Shown in pieces: positions 14,842-25,985 of a stretch of DNA of 64,000 bases (its first letter is position 1; each line of letters begins with the position of its first letter). The stretch comes from an uncultured Bacilli bacterium (GTDB lineage: Bacteria; Bacillota_I; Bacilli_A; RF39; UBA660): the NCBI GenBank assembly GCA_934155185.1, contig CAKPGT010000004.1, positions 31,910-95,909 on the forward strand, written 5' to 3'. The notes beneath the pieces are model-generated. The model did not search any database, was not told the origin of the DNA, and worked only from the letters and a program-made list of their open reading frames with translations. The position numbers were made by a program, and so were the translations under genes.

Positions 14842-15207
14842 ATGGCAAAATTAAGTACACAAGAAATTATTGATGCAATAAAAGAAATGAAAATTCTTGA
14901 AGTTAAAGAATTAGTAGATGCAATGAAAGAGGAATTTGGTGTTGATCCAAGTGCTGTTGCTGTAGCAGCTGCACCTGCACAAGCTGCAGCTGAAGAAAAG
15001 ACTTCTGCAACTGTAGTATTAAAAGAAGCTGGAGCATCTAAAATCCAAGTAATCAAAGTAATTAGAGATATTACTGGTTTAGGATTAATGGATGCTAAGA
15101 AATTAGCTGACGAAGGTGGAAACGTTAAGGAAAACGCTCCAATGGATGAAGCTAATGACATTAAAGCTAAGCTAGAAGAAGCTGGCGCAACTGTAGAACT
15201 TGCATAA
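14842..15207 (+). CDS. rplL: 50S ribosomal protein L7/L12
   Basis: IIDAIKEMKILEVKELVDAMKEEFGV...KIQVIKVIRDITGLGLMDAKKL. Confidence 0.95.
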   Translation: MAKLSTQEIIDAIKEMKILEVKELVDAMKEEFGVDPSAVAVAAAPAQAAAEEKTSATVVLKEAGASKIQVIKVIRDITGLGLMDAKKLADEGGNVKENAPMDEANDIKAKLEEAGATVELA

Positions 15208-15221
15208 TTAATTAGTATAAT

Positions 15222-15248
15222 GGAACCATAATTACTATGGTTCTTTTA
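15222..15248 (+). terminator. terminator after rplL
   Basis: GAACCATA (15223-15230) pairs with TATGGTTC (15236-15243), followed by TTTT. Confidence 0.7.
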
Positions 15249-15309
15249 TATTGACTATTTGTTTAAAAACATGTAATATATCTGTTAAATTTATATAAAG
15301 AGGGATTAT

Positions 15310-16077
15310 ATGCAAATAATTAAAAATAATAATAGGATACTTGTCGCAAGGCAGGACGATTATATAATAAAAAAGTATAAAAATCTTTCACAAAAAAGTA
15401 ATGCTTATTTACGTATGAAATTAGAAAAGATGAGCGATTTGGAAAACATTAATGAGTTAGTTTTGCCTTATTATTATGAACTAAGAAATGGTATGGTTGA
15501 AGAAATTTATACAAAATATATTGATTTTCCTAATCTTTGCTATGATGTAACTAAGAATTTTATATCATTTGAAACTATTACTGATTGTTTTGAAAGTTTA
15601 GAAAAAGCACTCATAAAGCTACATGATAAAGATGTTATCTTAGCAGACTTTTCAACCGAAGGCAATTTAAAGTATGATCCTACAACCAAGCGTATATATA
15701 TTCTTGATTACATGGATATGCAAATAGATAATACTCCGGCATTTTCTTACAGTTATTACCTGAAAGATTTTTTATCTATAAACGCACCTAAGTATTTTAA
15801 ACACAATAGATTTACTAAAAATGCGGATATATATTTGCTAGCAAATCTTTGGCTCAGACTTTGCACTTCCCAAAGATTATGCAATTTAACTGATAGTCCT
15901 TTTAACACTCTTGAAAAAGCTGGGATATTAAAAGGTGATATTGCTAAAAAAATATTAGCATGTTATGATTTAAAAGAAGATAACAGTTATTTTGGTAAAA
16001 CATTTTTAGAGGCATATCAATTTTATACATTAAAGTATAGTGATGGTGGGTTATCAAGAAAATTTGTTGTGAGATAG
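15310..16077 (+). CDS. hypothetical 255-aa protein with a small protein-kinase-like signature
   Basis: LHDKDVILADFSTEGNLKYDPTTKRIYILDYMD resembles the catalytic-loop (D..x..N) and metal-binding (iDf/iDy) segments of Bud32/RIO/CotS-type small kinases. IIKKYKN is a possible beta-3 lysine. The assignment is tentative. Confidence 0.35.
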   Translation: MQIIKNNNRILVARQDDYIIKKYKNLSQKSNAYLRMKLEKMSDLENINELVLPYYYELRNGMVEEIYTKYIDFPNLCYDVTKNFISFETITDCFESLEKALIKLHDKDVILADFSTEGNLKYDPTTKRIYILDYMDMQIDNTPAFSYSYYLKDFLSINAPKYFKHNRFTKNADIYLLANLWLRLCTSQRLCNLTDSPFNTLEKAGILKGDIAKKILACYDLKEDNSYFGKTFLEAYQFYTLKYSDGGLSRKFVVR

Positions 16078-16092
16078 CAGGGAGGTTATATT

Positions 16093-16683
16093 GTGGAACA
16101 TTATTTTACGAATAGTTGCAATTTAAAATCAGAGATAGTAAGAGTTGATACAGAAGTAAATTCAGTTTCCTATTATTTTTACACGGATAATGGGGTTTTT
16201 TCTAAAGGTGAACTTGATTTTGGTACGGAACTTTTGTTAAAAACTTTCAAATATACTTATCCACAGGAAAAATCATTATTAGATATAGGTTGTGGATGTG
16301 GACCTATTGGTATTTATGCATTAAAACTAGGTTTTACTGTGGATATGTCTGATATAAATAAACGAGCGCTTCATTTATCAAGGATGGCTACTAAAGAGCA
16401 AAAGTTAGATGTAAATATATTTGAGTCTGATGCATATGAAAATATAAACGGAAAATATGACTATATAGTATCAAATCCACCAATAAGGGTTGGGAAAGAA
16501 AAACTTTACGAAATAGTTATGAATGCTAAGGACCACTTAAAGAGTAATGGTGCGCTATGGCTAGTTGTAAGAAAGAAACAAGGTGCAGATTCATTGGTAA
16601 AAGATATGAAACAGGTATATAATACTGTTAGCATTGAAAATAAAAAGAAAGGTTTTTGTATAATAAAAGCAACTATAAATTAA
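16093..16683 (+). CDS. class I SAM-dependent methyltransferase (RsmC/YbxB-like)
   Basis: GTG start. LLDIGCGCGPIG (motif I) and VSNPPIRVG (NPP motif). It occupies the usual position between rplL and rpoB in Firmicutes. Confidence 0.85.
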   Translation: MEHYFTNSCNLKSEIVRVDTEVNSVSYYFYTDNGVFSKGELDFGTELLLKTFKYTYPQEKSLLDIGCGCGPIGIYALKLGFTVDMSDINKRALHLSRMATKEQKLDVNIFESDAYENINGKYDYIVSNPPIRVGKEKLYEIVMNAKDHLKSNGALWLVVRKKQGADSLVKDMKQVYNTVSIENKKKGFCIIKATIN

Positions 16684-16722
16684 AAAAATAGTATTTTATT
16701 ATATAAAAGTCGTAAAAGAAAG

Positions 16723-16752
16723 CATAAATTTTGAAATAATTTATGTTTTTTT
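16723..16752 (+). terminator. terminator after the methyltransferase gene
   Basis: CATAAATT (16723-16730) pairs with AATTTATG (16738-16745), followed by T7. Confidence 0.6.
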
Positions 16753-16762
16753 GTAAAATTTA

Positions 16763-16791
16763 TTGACAACACTAGCTTTTTCCTGTAGTAT
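16763..16791 (+). promoter_or_regulatory. candidate rpoBC promoter
   Basis: TTGACA (16763-16768), 17-nt spacer, TAGTAT (16786-16791). Confidence 0.5.
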
Positions 16792-16861
16792 TTTAAATTG
16801 GTACTATGTCTTTAATTTTAGACATGTTCTTTAAAATATTATAGTTTAGGGGTGGAAACGC

Positions 16862-19800
16862 GTGGCTTACAAGATAAGAAAAGTAAATGAATACCGTGAA
16901 AGAAGGGACTTTTCTAGAGTTAATAATTCCCTAGAATTGTCTGGACTATTAGAAGTTCAAACCAAGTCATATAATTGGTTTGTTCAAGAAGGAATAAAGG
17001 AAGTATTAGAAGAGATAAGCCCAGTAGAAAATTTCTCTGGAACACAATCACTAGAATTTGGCGAATACTCTTTTGATGAACCAAGACATACAATAAAAGA
17101 GTGTAAGGAGAAAAAGACGACTTATGCCGCACCTTTAAAGGTTCAAACTCGTTTATTCAATAATGAGACTGGAGAAGTTAAAGAACAGGAAATTTTCTTA
17201 GGAGATATGCCTGTTATGACTGATTCTGGGTCATTTATATTTAATGGGTCTGAACGTGTTATAGTATCACAATTAGTTAGATCTCCAAGTGTATATTATG
17301 GTAGAGAAATAGATAAAAATGGACGTTCTATAATATCATCACAGATTATACCTAATAAAGGTACTTGGTTAGAATACAAACTTAACAGTAAAGACGTTGT
17401 AGACGTTAGAATAGACCGTAATAGAAAAGTTGTTATTACTGCATTCTTAAGAGCATTTGGCCTTTCTAGTGACGAAGATATACTAAAAGTGTTTGGCAAT
17501 GATGAGTATTTAGTTAACAGTTTAAGCAAAGACTTTACTAAAAATACTGATGAAGCTTTACTTGAAATATATGAAAAACTAAAACCAGGAGAGCCTGCAA
17601 CATTAGATAGTGCTAAAAATCAGTTAATTACAAGATTTTTTGATAGCTTTAGATATGATTTAGCTAAAGTTGGACGTTATAAATTTAACAAAAAACTTAA
17701 TGTGTCAGATAGATTATTAAATCAAAAAATAGCACAGGATGTTGAAGTTGATGGAAACATTATAATTAAAAATGGTACTGTTTTAACTAAAGAAGAATTA
17801 GAAAAACTAAAACCATTACTAGCTGATGGATACGGTATGGTTGATGCAACTGATAACAAAGAGTTAGATGACCATACTATGGTTCAAGTAATAAATATAT
17901 ACTCACCAATGGATCCAGAAAAAGTTATAAAAGTTATTGGTAATGACCAATCAATTAACGTAAGAACACTTACTATATCGGATATATATGCATCAGTTTC
18001 ATATTATTTGAATTTATTACAAAATGTAGGTCATATAGATGAAATTGATCACTTATCTAACCGTCGTTTAAGACAAGTGGGTGAATTATTGCAAAACCAA
18101 TTTAGAGTTGGTGTTGCGCGTATGGAAAGGGTTATTCGTGAAAGAATGACTACTATGGATATTGAAACTGCAACTCCTAAGACTCTTATCAATATAAGAC
18201 CTATAACAGCAGTTATAAAAGAATTCTTTGGATCAAGCCCGTTATCACAGTTCATGGATCAGATTAATCCATTATCAGAGTTAAATAATAAAAGGCGTTT
18301 ATCTGCATTAGGCCCTGGTGGTTTATCTCGTGATAGAGCTGCTATGGAAGTTCGTGACGTAAACGAATCTCACTATGGTAGAATTTGTCCTATTGAATCT
18401 CCAGAAGGTGCTAATATCGGACTTATTACATCACTTGCAAACTATGCAAAAGTAAATGAATATGGATTTATTATGACACCATACAGAAGAGTAAAAGACG
18501 GTGTTTTACAAGATGAAATAGACTATTTAACTGCAGACGAGGAAAATGGTCATATAATTGTTCAAGCAAAAGTTGATATGGATGGAAATAAAATTATTCA
18601 AGAACATTGCCCAGCTCGTCATGATGGTGAAAACATATTAGCAAAACCAAATGAAATAGATTATATAGACGTTGCACCACAACAAATTGTATCTGTTACA
18701 ACAAGCTGTATTCCATTCCTTGATCATGATGATGGAAAACGTGCACTAATGGGTTGTAACATGCAACGTCAAGCATTACCTTTATTAAAGTCAGAAGCTG
18801 CTTTAGTAGCAACTGGTGCAGAAGCACAAGCTGCAAAGGACTCAGGAGTAGTTATTTTAGCTAAATCTGATGGTGTTGTAGAATATGCTGATGGTAAGAA
18901 GATAGTAGTTAAGACGTTAAAGGCAAAAGACATATATTTACTTAAGAACTTTGAAGGTTCAAATGCTGGTACATGTTATCACCAAAGACCAATAGTTCGT
19001 ATAGGTGATACCGTAAAACGCGGGCAAGTAATTGCAGATGGCCCATCTACAGATAAAGGTGAAGTAGCACTAGGTAAGAACTTAGTTGTAGCATTCATGA
19101 CTTACAATGGTTATGACTATGAGGACGCTGTAATATTAAATGAAAAAATGGTTAAGGATGATGTTTTAACATCTATATACTTAGAAGATTATGAAATTCA
19201 GTGCCGTGACACTAAGTTAGGACCTGAGGAAATTACAAGAGATATTCCAAACGTAAGTGAAGAAGCTCGTAAAAACCTAGATTCAAACGGAATAATTAGA
19301 ATAGGTACAGAAGTTAAGGAAGGCGACATTCTAGTTGGTAAAGTAACTCCAAAAGGAATGGTAGAATTAACTTCAGAAGAAAAACTATTACACGCTATTT
19401 TTGGTGAAAAAACTCGTGAAGTTAGAGATACATCACTACGTGTTCCACATGGCGGTGCAGGTATAGTTCATGATATTAAAATATATACTAAGAAAGATTC
19501 AGATGAACTTCCTAGTGGAGTTTCTAAAGAAATTCGTGTATACATTGTTCAAAAACGTAAAATACAAGTTGGAGATAAAATGGCAGGTCGTCACGGAAAC
19601 AAAGGTGTTGTATCACTAGTAGTTCCACAAGAAGATATGCCATATCTACCAGATGGTACTCCAGTTGATATATTACTTAACCCACTTGGCGTTCCATCTC
19701 GTATGAACCCAGGACAAGTTTTGGAAATGCATTTAGGTATGGCTGCTAAGAAATTAGGTGTTTATACTGCAACTCCAGTATTTGATGGTGCTACATGGGA

Positions 19801-20491
19801 AGACATTCAAGAAATGATGGATGAAGCTGGTATGGCTCCTGATGGAAAAACTGTTTTATATAATGGTAAAACAGGTGAACCATTTGATAATCGTGTAGCA
19901 GTTGGTGTAATGTACATGATAAAACTTGACCACATGGTTGACGATAAATTACACGCTCGTGCAACTGGACCATATTCATTAGTTACACAACAACCACTTG
20001 GTGGTAAAGCACAATTTGGTGGACAGAGATTTGGAGAAATGGAAGTTTGGGCACTTTATGCTTATGGTGCTGCTCACGTTTTACAAGAAATTTTAACTGT
20101 CAAATCAGATGACGTTGTAGGTCGTGTAAAAGTATATGAATCAATTGTTAAAGGTAAACCAATTAATCAAGCTGGTGTTCCAGAAAGCTTTAGGGTACTT
20201 GTAAAAGAGTTCCAAGCTTTAGGATTAAACATTGCCATGATTAATGAAGATGGTAAAGAAGTAGATGTTAAGACCTTAGAACAAGAAGAAGATAAAGAAG
20301 TCTCTCCTATATCTATTGAAGAAGTAGATAATGTATCAATGCTAAATAAGCAAAAACAAGCAATAGATGCAGAAGATGAGGAAGACGAAGAAGAGTCTGA
20401 TGAGGAATTGAAAGACGATTATGAGGCTGAATTAGAAGACAGGTTAGATGAATCAGATGATTCTTTAGATTATGAAGGGAGTGAAGAATAA
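16862..20491 (+). CDS. rpoB: DNA-directed RNA polymerase subunit beta, with an acidic C-terminal extension of about 70 aa
   Basis: GTG start. Conserved blocks include SQLSQFMDQ-like [23 protein letters not shown] and [10 protein letters not shown]. Confidence 0.97.
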   Translation: MAYKIRKVNEYRERRDFSRVNNSLELSGLLEVQTKSYNWFVQEGIKEVLEEISPVENFSGTQSLEFGEYSFDEPRHTIKECKEKKTTYAAPLKVQTRLFNNETGEVKEQEIFLGDMPVMTDSGSFIFNGSERVIVSQLVRSPSVYYGREIDKNGRSIISSQIIPNKGTWLEYKLNSKDVVDVRIDRNRKVVITAFLRAFGLSSDEDILKVFGNDEYLVNSLSKDFTKNTDEALLEIYEKLKPGEPATLDSAKNQLITRFFDSFRYDLAKVGRYKFNKKLNVSDRLLNQKIAQDVEVDGNIIIKNGTVLTKEELEKLKPLLADGYGMVDATDNKELDDHTMVQVINIYSPMDPEKVIKVIGNDQSINVRTLTISDIYASVSYYLNLLQNVGHIDEIDHLSNRRLRQVGELLQNQFRVGVARMERVIRERMTTMDIETATPKTLINIRPITAVIKEFFGSSPLSQFMDQINPLSELNNKRRLSALGPGGLSRDRAAMEVRDVNESHYGRICPIESPEGANIGLITSLANYAKVNEYGFIMTPYRRVKDGVLQDEIDYLTADEENGHIIVQAKVDMDGNKIIQEHCPARHDGENILAKPNEIDYIDVAPQQIVSVTTSCIPFLDHDDGKRALMGCNMQRQALPLLKSEAALVATGAEAQAAKDSGVVILAKSDGVVEYADGKKIVVKTLKAKDIYLLKNFEGSNAGTCYHQRPIVRIGDTVKRGQVIADGPSTDKGEVALGKNLVVAFMTYNGYDYEDAVILNEKMVKDDVLTSIYLEDYEIQCRDTKLGPEEITRDIPNVSEEARKNLDSNGIIRIGTEVKEGDILVGKVTPKGMVELTSEEKLLHAIFGEKTREVRDTSLRVPHGGAGIVHDIKIYTKKDSDELPSGVSKEIRVYIVQKRKIQVGDKMAGRHGNKGVVSLVVPQEDMPYLPDGTPVDILLNPLGVPSRMNPGQVLEMHLGMAAKKLGVYTATPVFDGATWEDIQEMMDEAGMAPDGKTVLYNGKTGEPFDNRVAVGVMYMIKLDHMVDDKLHARATGPYSLVTQQPLGGKAQFGGQRFGEMEVWALYAYGAAHVLQEILTVKSDDVVGRVKVYESIVKGKPINQAGVPESFRVLVKEFQALGLNIAMINEDGKEVDVKTLEQEEDKEVSPISIEEVDNVSMLNKQKQAIDAEDEEDEEESDEELKDDYEAELEDRLDESDDSLDYEGSEE

Positions 20492-23400
20492 TGATGGATG
20501 CAAATAAATTTGAAGGTATAAAGATATCCATAGCTTCCCCTGAACAAATTCGTGAGTGGTCATACGGAGAGGTTAAAAAACCAGAAACAATAAACTATCG
20601 TACTTTAAAACCTGAAAGAGATGGTTTATTCTGCGAAAAGATTTTTGGACCTACTAAGGATTATGAATGTGCTTGCGGAAAATATAAGAGATTAAGATAT
20701 AAAGATATAGTATGTGATAGATGTGGTGTTGAAGTTACTAAGTCTAAAGTTCGTCGTGAACGTATGGGACATATTGAGCTTGCAACTCCAGTATCTCACA
20801 TATGGTTCTTTAAAGGCGTTCCATCACGTATGGGATTAGTTCTTGATATGTCTCCAAGAGATTTAGAAGAAGTATTATACTTTGTATCATATGTTGTAAT
20901 AAATCCAGGAGCAGCTCCTTTAGAGAAAAAACAAACCTTATCTGACAAAGAATATAGAGCATATTATGAAAAATATGGTAATACATTTGAAGTTGGTATG
21001 GGTGCTGAAGCTATTCTTAAGCTTCTAAAAGAAATAAATGTCGAAGAAGAAATTAAGAAAATAGAAGAGGAACTAGAAGGTGCTCAAGAGCAAAAGAAGA
21101 CTCGTCTACTAAAGAGACTTGATATTTTAGATTCATTTGCAAAATCAGGTAATAAGCCTGAATGGATGATATTAACAGCACTTCCTGTAATACCTCCTGA
21201 GTTAAGACCTATGATTCAGTTAGACGGTGGTCGTTTTGCAACTAGTGATTTAAATGATTTATATAGACGAGTTATAAACCGTAATAATCGTTTAAAGAAA
21301 TTATTAGAGCTTAATGCTCCTTCAATAATAGTACAAAACGAAAAGAGAATGCTTCAAGAAGCTGTTGATGCTTTATTTGATAATGGAAGACGTGGTAGAA
21401 ATGTTACTGGTCCATCAAATAGACCCCTTAAGTCAATTTCTAGCATGTTAAAAGGTAAACAGGGACGTTTCCGTCAAAACTTACTTGGTAAACGTGTTGA
21501 TTACTCTGGACGTAGCGTTATCGCTGTTGGACCAGAACTTAAGATGTATCAATGTGGTATTCCAAAGGAAATGGCGCTAGAGCTATTTAAACCACATGTA
21601 ATTCATGGATTAGTAGAAAGAGATATCGTTCATAATATAAAATCTGCTAAAAAGATGATTGAAAATCAAGATGAAAGAGTATGGGACGTTGTTGAAGATG
21701 TTATAAAAGAACACCCAGTAATGTTAAACCGTGCTCCAACACTTCACAGATTAGGTATTCAAGCATTTGAACCTAAACTAGTAAGTGGTAAAGCTATTAG
21801 ATTACATCCACTAGTTTGTGCTGGATTTAACGCAGACTTTGATGGTGACCAAATGGCTGTTCACGTTCCACTTTCTGAAGCAGCTCAAGCAGAAGCTAGA
21901 TTATTAATGTTATCTTCAAATAACATTCTTGACCCTAAAGATGGTAAACCAATCGTTACTCCATCACAGGACATGGTTTTAGGTAACTATTATATAACTA
22001 CTGAAAAAGCTGGAGAAGAAGGAGAAGGAAGAGTATTTAAAGATGCTAATGAAGCAGTTGGAGCTTATGAAAGAAGAGAAATTACCCTTCATACGAGAAT
22101 TGCTCTGCCAGCAAAATCATTTAAATATAAGATATTTACTGATGAGCAAAAGGATATGTATTTAGTAACTACTGTAGGTAAACTATTATTTAATGAAATT
22201 TTACCAGACGGATTTCAATACATAAATGAACCTTCTAAAGCTAATTATGCTGGTTTTACACCAATGGAACATTTCCTTAAAAAAGGTTCAAATATTCCTG
22301 AGGAAATAAAGAAAAAAGAGCTTGTTAAGCCATTTGCTAAAGGTGATTTAAAGAAGATAATTGCGCAAGTATTTAAACGCTATAAGACAACTGAAACTTC
22401 AATATATCTAGATAAGCTTAAAAACTTAGGTTTTAAATATTCTACATTATCAGGAATTTCAATATCTATTGCTGACGTTGTAAAAAGTGAACATAAGAAT
22501 GAAATTATTGATAAATCTCAAAAAGTTGTTGATACAATAAATAAACAATATAGACGTGGTCTAATAACTGATAGAGAACGTTATGAAAAAGTTTGTGAAG
22601 TATGGAACAATACAACAAGCGAAGTAGAAAAAGAGTTAAAGCAAAAGGTAGTAACTTTGACAGATAACCCAATAATGATGATGGTTAATTCTGGTGCTCG
22701 TGGTTCAATTGGACAGTATAACCAGATGGCTGGTATGCGAGGACTTCTTGCTAAGCCAAATGGTGAACCTGTTGAGATCCCAGTAACATCTTCATTCGTA
22801 GAGGGTCTATCAGTTTCTGAATACTTTATTTCAACACACGGTACCCGTAAAGGTAACGCTGATACTGCACTTAAAACAGCAGACTCTGGTTACTTAACAA
22901 GACGTTTAGTTGATGTAGTTCAAGATGTTATAGTAAGAGAAGAAGATTGTGGAACAATTCAAGGTGTTAATGTTAAAGCGTTTATAGATGACAATGCTGG
23001 AACAGTAATTGAAAGCCTTCATGAACGTATAGCAGGTCGTTATACTAATAAAAAGGTAGTTAATCCAGAAACTAAAGAATTAATAATTGACAAAAATCAA
23101 TTAATTACAGAACCTATTGCTGATAAGATAGATAAAGCTGGTATAACAGAAGTTGAAATTAGAACAGCTCTTACTTGTAAGACAGAAAATGGTATTTGTA
23201 AACATTGCTATGGTATTAACCTAGCTACCGGTAACTTAGTTGAAATTGGTGAAGCTGTTGGTATTATGGCTGCACAGTCAATTGGTGAACCAGGTACTCA
23301 GCTTACAATGCGTACATTCCATAATGGTGGTGTTGCGTCAGGTGCAGATATTACTCAAGGTTTACCTCGTGTACAAGAGTTATTTGAAGCTAGAATGCCA

Positions 23401-24123
23401 AAAGCTAAATCAACAATAGCTGAAATAGATGGTAAGATTACTAAGATTGATGAACTAAACGGAAAATATAAGATTGAAATTTCAAATGATGTTGAATCAA
23501 GAGAACATACAACTAACTATGGTGTTAAACTATGTGTTGAACTTGGTCAAGAAGTTAAAGCAGGAGATAAGTTAAATATAGGTTCTGTAAGTCCTAAGGA
23601 ATTACTTGCGGTAACAGATCCAATAACTGCTCAAAACTATATATTATCTGAAGTTCAAAAAGTTTATAAGTCTCAAGGTGTTGACGTTTCTGATAAACAT
23701 ATAGAAATATTAGCACGCCGTATGATTGCAAGAATAAAAATAGTTGATGGTGGTGAAACTACATTAGTATCTGGTAAACTTGTTTCAATGCATGAATTTA
23801 CTAGAATTAATAAAGAAGCTATTATTCAAGGAAAGAAACCAGCTACTGGTCGTCCAATAATGCTTGGTATTACTAAGGCATCACTAGAAACGGATTCATT
23901 CTTATCAGCTGCATCATTCCAAGAAACTACAAGAATACTAACTGATGCTGCTATAAAAGGAAAAATTGATAATTTAACAGGTCTTAAAGAAAACGTTATA
24001 ATTGGTAAATTAATCCCAGCAGGTACAGGTTCAAAATACTATTCTAATGTTAAGTATACTTTAGAAAGTGAACAAGTAGATGATGATGCGCTTGATGTGT
24101 TAGAAGAACAATTAGTAGATTAA
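20491..24123 (+). CDS. rpoC: DNA-directed RNA polymerase subunit beta-prime
   Basis: Zinc motif [20 protein letters not shown]. Catalytic [12 protein letters not shown]. The start overlaps the rpoB stop (TAATGATG). Confidence 0.97.
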   Translation: MMDANKFEGIKISIASPEQIREWSYGEVKKPETINYRTLKPERDGLFCEKIFGPTKDYECACGKYKRLRYKDIVCDRCGVEVTKSKVRRERMGHIELATPVSHIWFFKGVPSRMGLVLDMSPRDLEEVLYFVSYVVINPGAAPLEKKQTLSDKEYRAYYEKYGNTFEVGMGAEAILKLLKEINVEEEIKKIEEELEGAQEQKKTRLLKRLDILDSFAKSGNKPEWMILTALPVIPPELRPMIQLDGGRFATSDLNDLYRRVINRNNRLKKLLELNAPSIIVQNEKRMLQEAVDALFDNGRRGRNVTGPSNRPLKSISSMLKGKQGRFRQNLLGKRVDYSGRSVIAVGPELKMYQCGIPKEMALELFKPHVIHGLVERDIVHNIKSAKKMIENQDERVWDVVEDVIKEHPVMLNRAPTLHRLGIQAFEPKLVSGKAIRLHPLVCAGFNADFDGDQMAVHVPLSEAAQAEARLLMLSSNNILDPKDGKPIVTPSQDMVLGNYYITTEKAGEEGEGRVFKDANEAVGAYERREITLHTRIALPAKSFKYKIFTDEQKDMYLVTTVGKLLFNEILPDGFQYINEPSKANYAGFTPMEHFLKKGSNIPEEIKKKELVKPFAKGDLKKIIAQVFKRYKTTETSIYLDKLKNLGFKYSTLSGISISIADVVKSEHKNEIIDKSQKVVDTINKQYRRGLITDRERYEKVCEVWNNTTSEVEKELKQKVVTLTDNPIMMMVNSGARGSIGQYNQMAGMRGLLAKPNGEPVEIPVTSSFVEGLSVSEYFISTHGTRKGNADTALKTADSGYLTRRLVDVVQDVIVREEDCGTIQGVNVKAFIDDNAGTVIESLHERIAGRYTNKKVVNPETKELIIDKNQLITEPIADKIDKAGITEVEIRTALTCKTENGICKHCYGINLATGNLVEIGEAVGIMAAQSIGEPGTQLTMRTFHNGGVASGADITQGLPRVQELFEARMPKAKSTIAEIDGKITKIDELNGKYKIEISNDVESREHTTNYGVKLCVELGQEVKAGDKLNIGSVSPKELLAVTDPITAQNYILSEVQKVYKSQGVDVSDKHIEILARRMIARIKIVDGGETTLVSGKLVSMHEFTRINKEAIIQGKKPATGRPIMLGITKASLETDSFLSAASFQETTRILTDAAIKGKIDNLTGLKENVIIGKLIPAGTGSKYYSNVKYTLESEQVDDDALDVLEEQLVD

Positions 24124-24150
24124 GAAGGTCAATGTTGACTTTCTTTTTTT
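24124..24150 (+). terminator. terminator after rpoC
   Basis: GAAGGTCA...TGACTTTC stem with one G-U pair, followed by T7. Confidence 0.7.
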
Positions 24151-24187
24151 ATTCTGCTATTATATTTGTCAAATTGGAGTTGATATT

Positions 24188-24571
24188 ATGTATAAAAAGT
24201 TAAAAAAACCTAATAAAAATTATTCAAATTTGAAATTACAAAATTATTGTAGTGATTTATTAGCATATAATCCAGATGCTACACTTATCATATCAAAACG
24301 TTTTATAGAAAATGCAAATGATAAAGGATTTGTAGAAATAAAGGAAAAAAATATACCTATTATTTATAGTTCTGTTGATCCTGGAGAGCTTATAAACCCT
24401 AAGTCTCTTACAATAAGAAAAATATATGAAGGCGATGAAGAGTACTACTATTTAACAATCTGGTGTGATAAGGAAATTCCACTTGCAAAAATTGTTCATA
24501 AACAATTAGTATTTACTGATGGAGATATTAAAGGAAAGGAAATTAAAAATTTATATCTTGATATAAAATAA
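24188..24571 (+). CDS. hypothetical protein (127 aa)
   Basis: ORF with TGGAG SD. An AT-rich hairpin plus T-run follows at about 24593-24628. I recognise no family. Confidence 0.5.
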   Translation: MYKKLKKPNKNYSNLKLQNYCSDLLAYNPDATLIISKRFIENANDKGFVEIKEKNIPIIYSSVDPGELINPKSLTIRKIYEGDEEYYYLTIWCDKEIPLAKIVHKQLVFTDGDIKGKEIKNLYLDIK

Positions 24572-24655
24572 TACATAACCTTAAAAATTATTAAAATGCT
24601 ATATAATATATAGTATTTTATTTTTTTTGTGTTACAATATCTTCTAGGTGGTTTT

Positions 24656-25984
24656 ATGAAAGACGTACTAAAATTTTTAGATACTTTAAATATAAAAAAA
24701 GACTCAAAGCTTATTGTTGCAGTATCTTATGGACCTGACTCAATGGCACTACTTAATATACTAAAGAATAAATTTGGATATTCAAGTATAGTATGTGCCC
24801 ATGTGCACCATAACCATAGAAAGGAAAGCGACATAGAGGCATTAAATTTAAAATCTTTTTGTGATAGAAATAATATCATCTTTGAAATGATGAAAATTGA
24901 AAATTATACTGGTGGAAGATTTACTGAGGAGGATGCTAGGTATAAAAGATATGCATTTTTTGAAAGCTTGTTAAAAAAATATGGTTCTAAATATCTTTTT
25001 ACGGCACACCATGGAGATGATTTAACGGAAACAGTTCTAATGAGACTAGTTAGAGGATCAAGTATCAAAGGATACGGAGGGATTCCTTTAATTAGTAAAA
25101 GAGAAAATTATCAAATTATAAGACCACTACTATTTATAACTAAATCTGAGATAATAGATTATTGTAATAAGAATAAAATAGATTATGCAACTGATATATC
25201 AAACGATTCAGATTATTATACAAGAAATAGATATAGAAAGTACATTTTGCCTAAGTTAAAAGAAGAAAATAAGAATGTTCATAAAAAAATACTTAAATTT
25301 TCACTTATGTTAAATGAAAATGAAGATTATTTTAATAGGATAGTAAATAAGGTTTATAGTAAAGTTTTAAAAAGCAATTCTATTAATTTAGAAGAACTTA
25401 AAAAAGAAGAACCCTTAATTGTTAAAAGGGTTATAATGAGGTATATGTTTGATTATTATAAAGATGACATAAAAAAGATAAATGATGCACATGTTAATGA
25501 AATTCTTAAAGCCATAAATGATAGTAAGCCTAATATAGAAATTAAATTACCAAATAAGATAAATTTAATAAAATCTTATGATAGTATATATTTCGACAAA
25601 GAGAAGGCCTATAATAGTTATTGCTTTTTATTTAATGGTTATTTATCTTTGCCAAATAATTATTGTATAACTAAGATAGAAGATACTAGCGATAAATCGA
25701 ATTTTACTATAAGACTAAATAGCAAGGAAGTAAAATTACCATTATATGTTCGAAATAAAAGGGATGGAGATATAATTGAAATATTAAACTTAGGTGGTAA
25801 GAAAAAAATAAAAGACATATTTATTGATGGGAAAGTTCCAAAACAGATAAGAAATAATTATCCATTATTAATAGATTCAAAAGAAAATATATTATGGATT
25901 CCAGGAATTAAGAAATCAAAATATGATAGGTCAAAAAATGGAAATTATGATATAATATTAAAGTATCAAAAGGAGGAAAAATAA
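24656..25984 (+). CDS. tilS: tRNA(Ile)-lysidine synthetase
   Basis: PP-loop variant VAVSYGPDSMALL. HVHHNHRKESD...FTAHHGDDLTETVLMRLVRG. Start chosen after the extended -10 TGTTACAAT (24628-24636). Confidence 0.9.
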   Translation: MKDVLKFLDTLNIKKDSKLIVAVSYGPDSMALLNILKNKFGYSSIVCAHVHHNHRKESDIEALNLKSFCDRNNIIFEMMKIENYTGGRFTEEDARYKRYAFFESLLKKYGSKYLFTAHHGDDLTETVLMRLVRGSSIKGYGGIPLISKRENYQIIRPLLFITKSEIIDYCNKNKIDYATDISNDSDYYTRNRYRKYILPKLKEENKNVHKKILKFSLMLNENEDYFNRIVNKVYSKVLKSNSINLEELKKEEPLIVKRVIMRYMFDYYKDDIKKINDAHVNEILKAINDSKPNIEIKLPNKINLIKSYDSIYFDKEKAYNSYCFLFNGYLSLPNNYCITKIEDTSDKSNFTIRLNSKEVKLPLYVRNKRDGDIIEILNLGGKKKIKDIFIDGKVPKQIRNNYPLLIDSKENILWIPGIKKSKYDRSKNGNYDIILKYQKEEK

Positions 25985-25985
25985 T

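Noticed and set aside
14760-15161. 133-aa ORF on the minus strand overlapping rplJ and rplL
   Set aside because: It is antisense to two unambiguous ribosomal protein genes. Its Ala/Ser-rich composition simply mirrors the Ala-rich rplL hinge. There is no SD or promoter.
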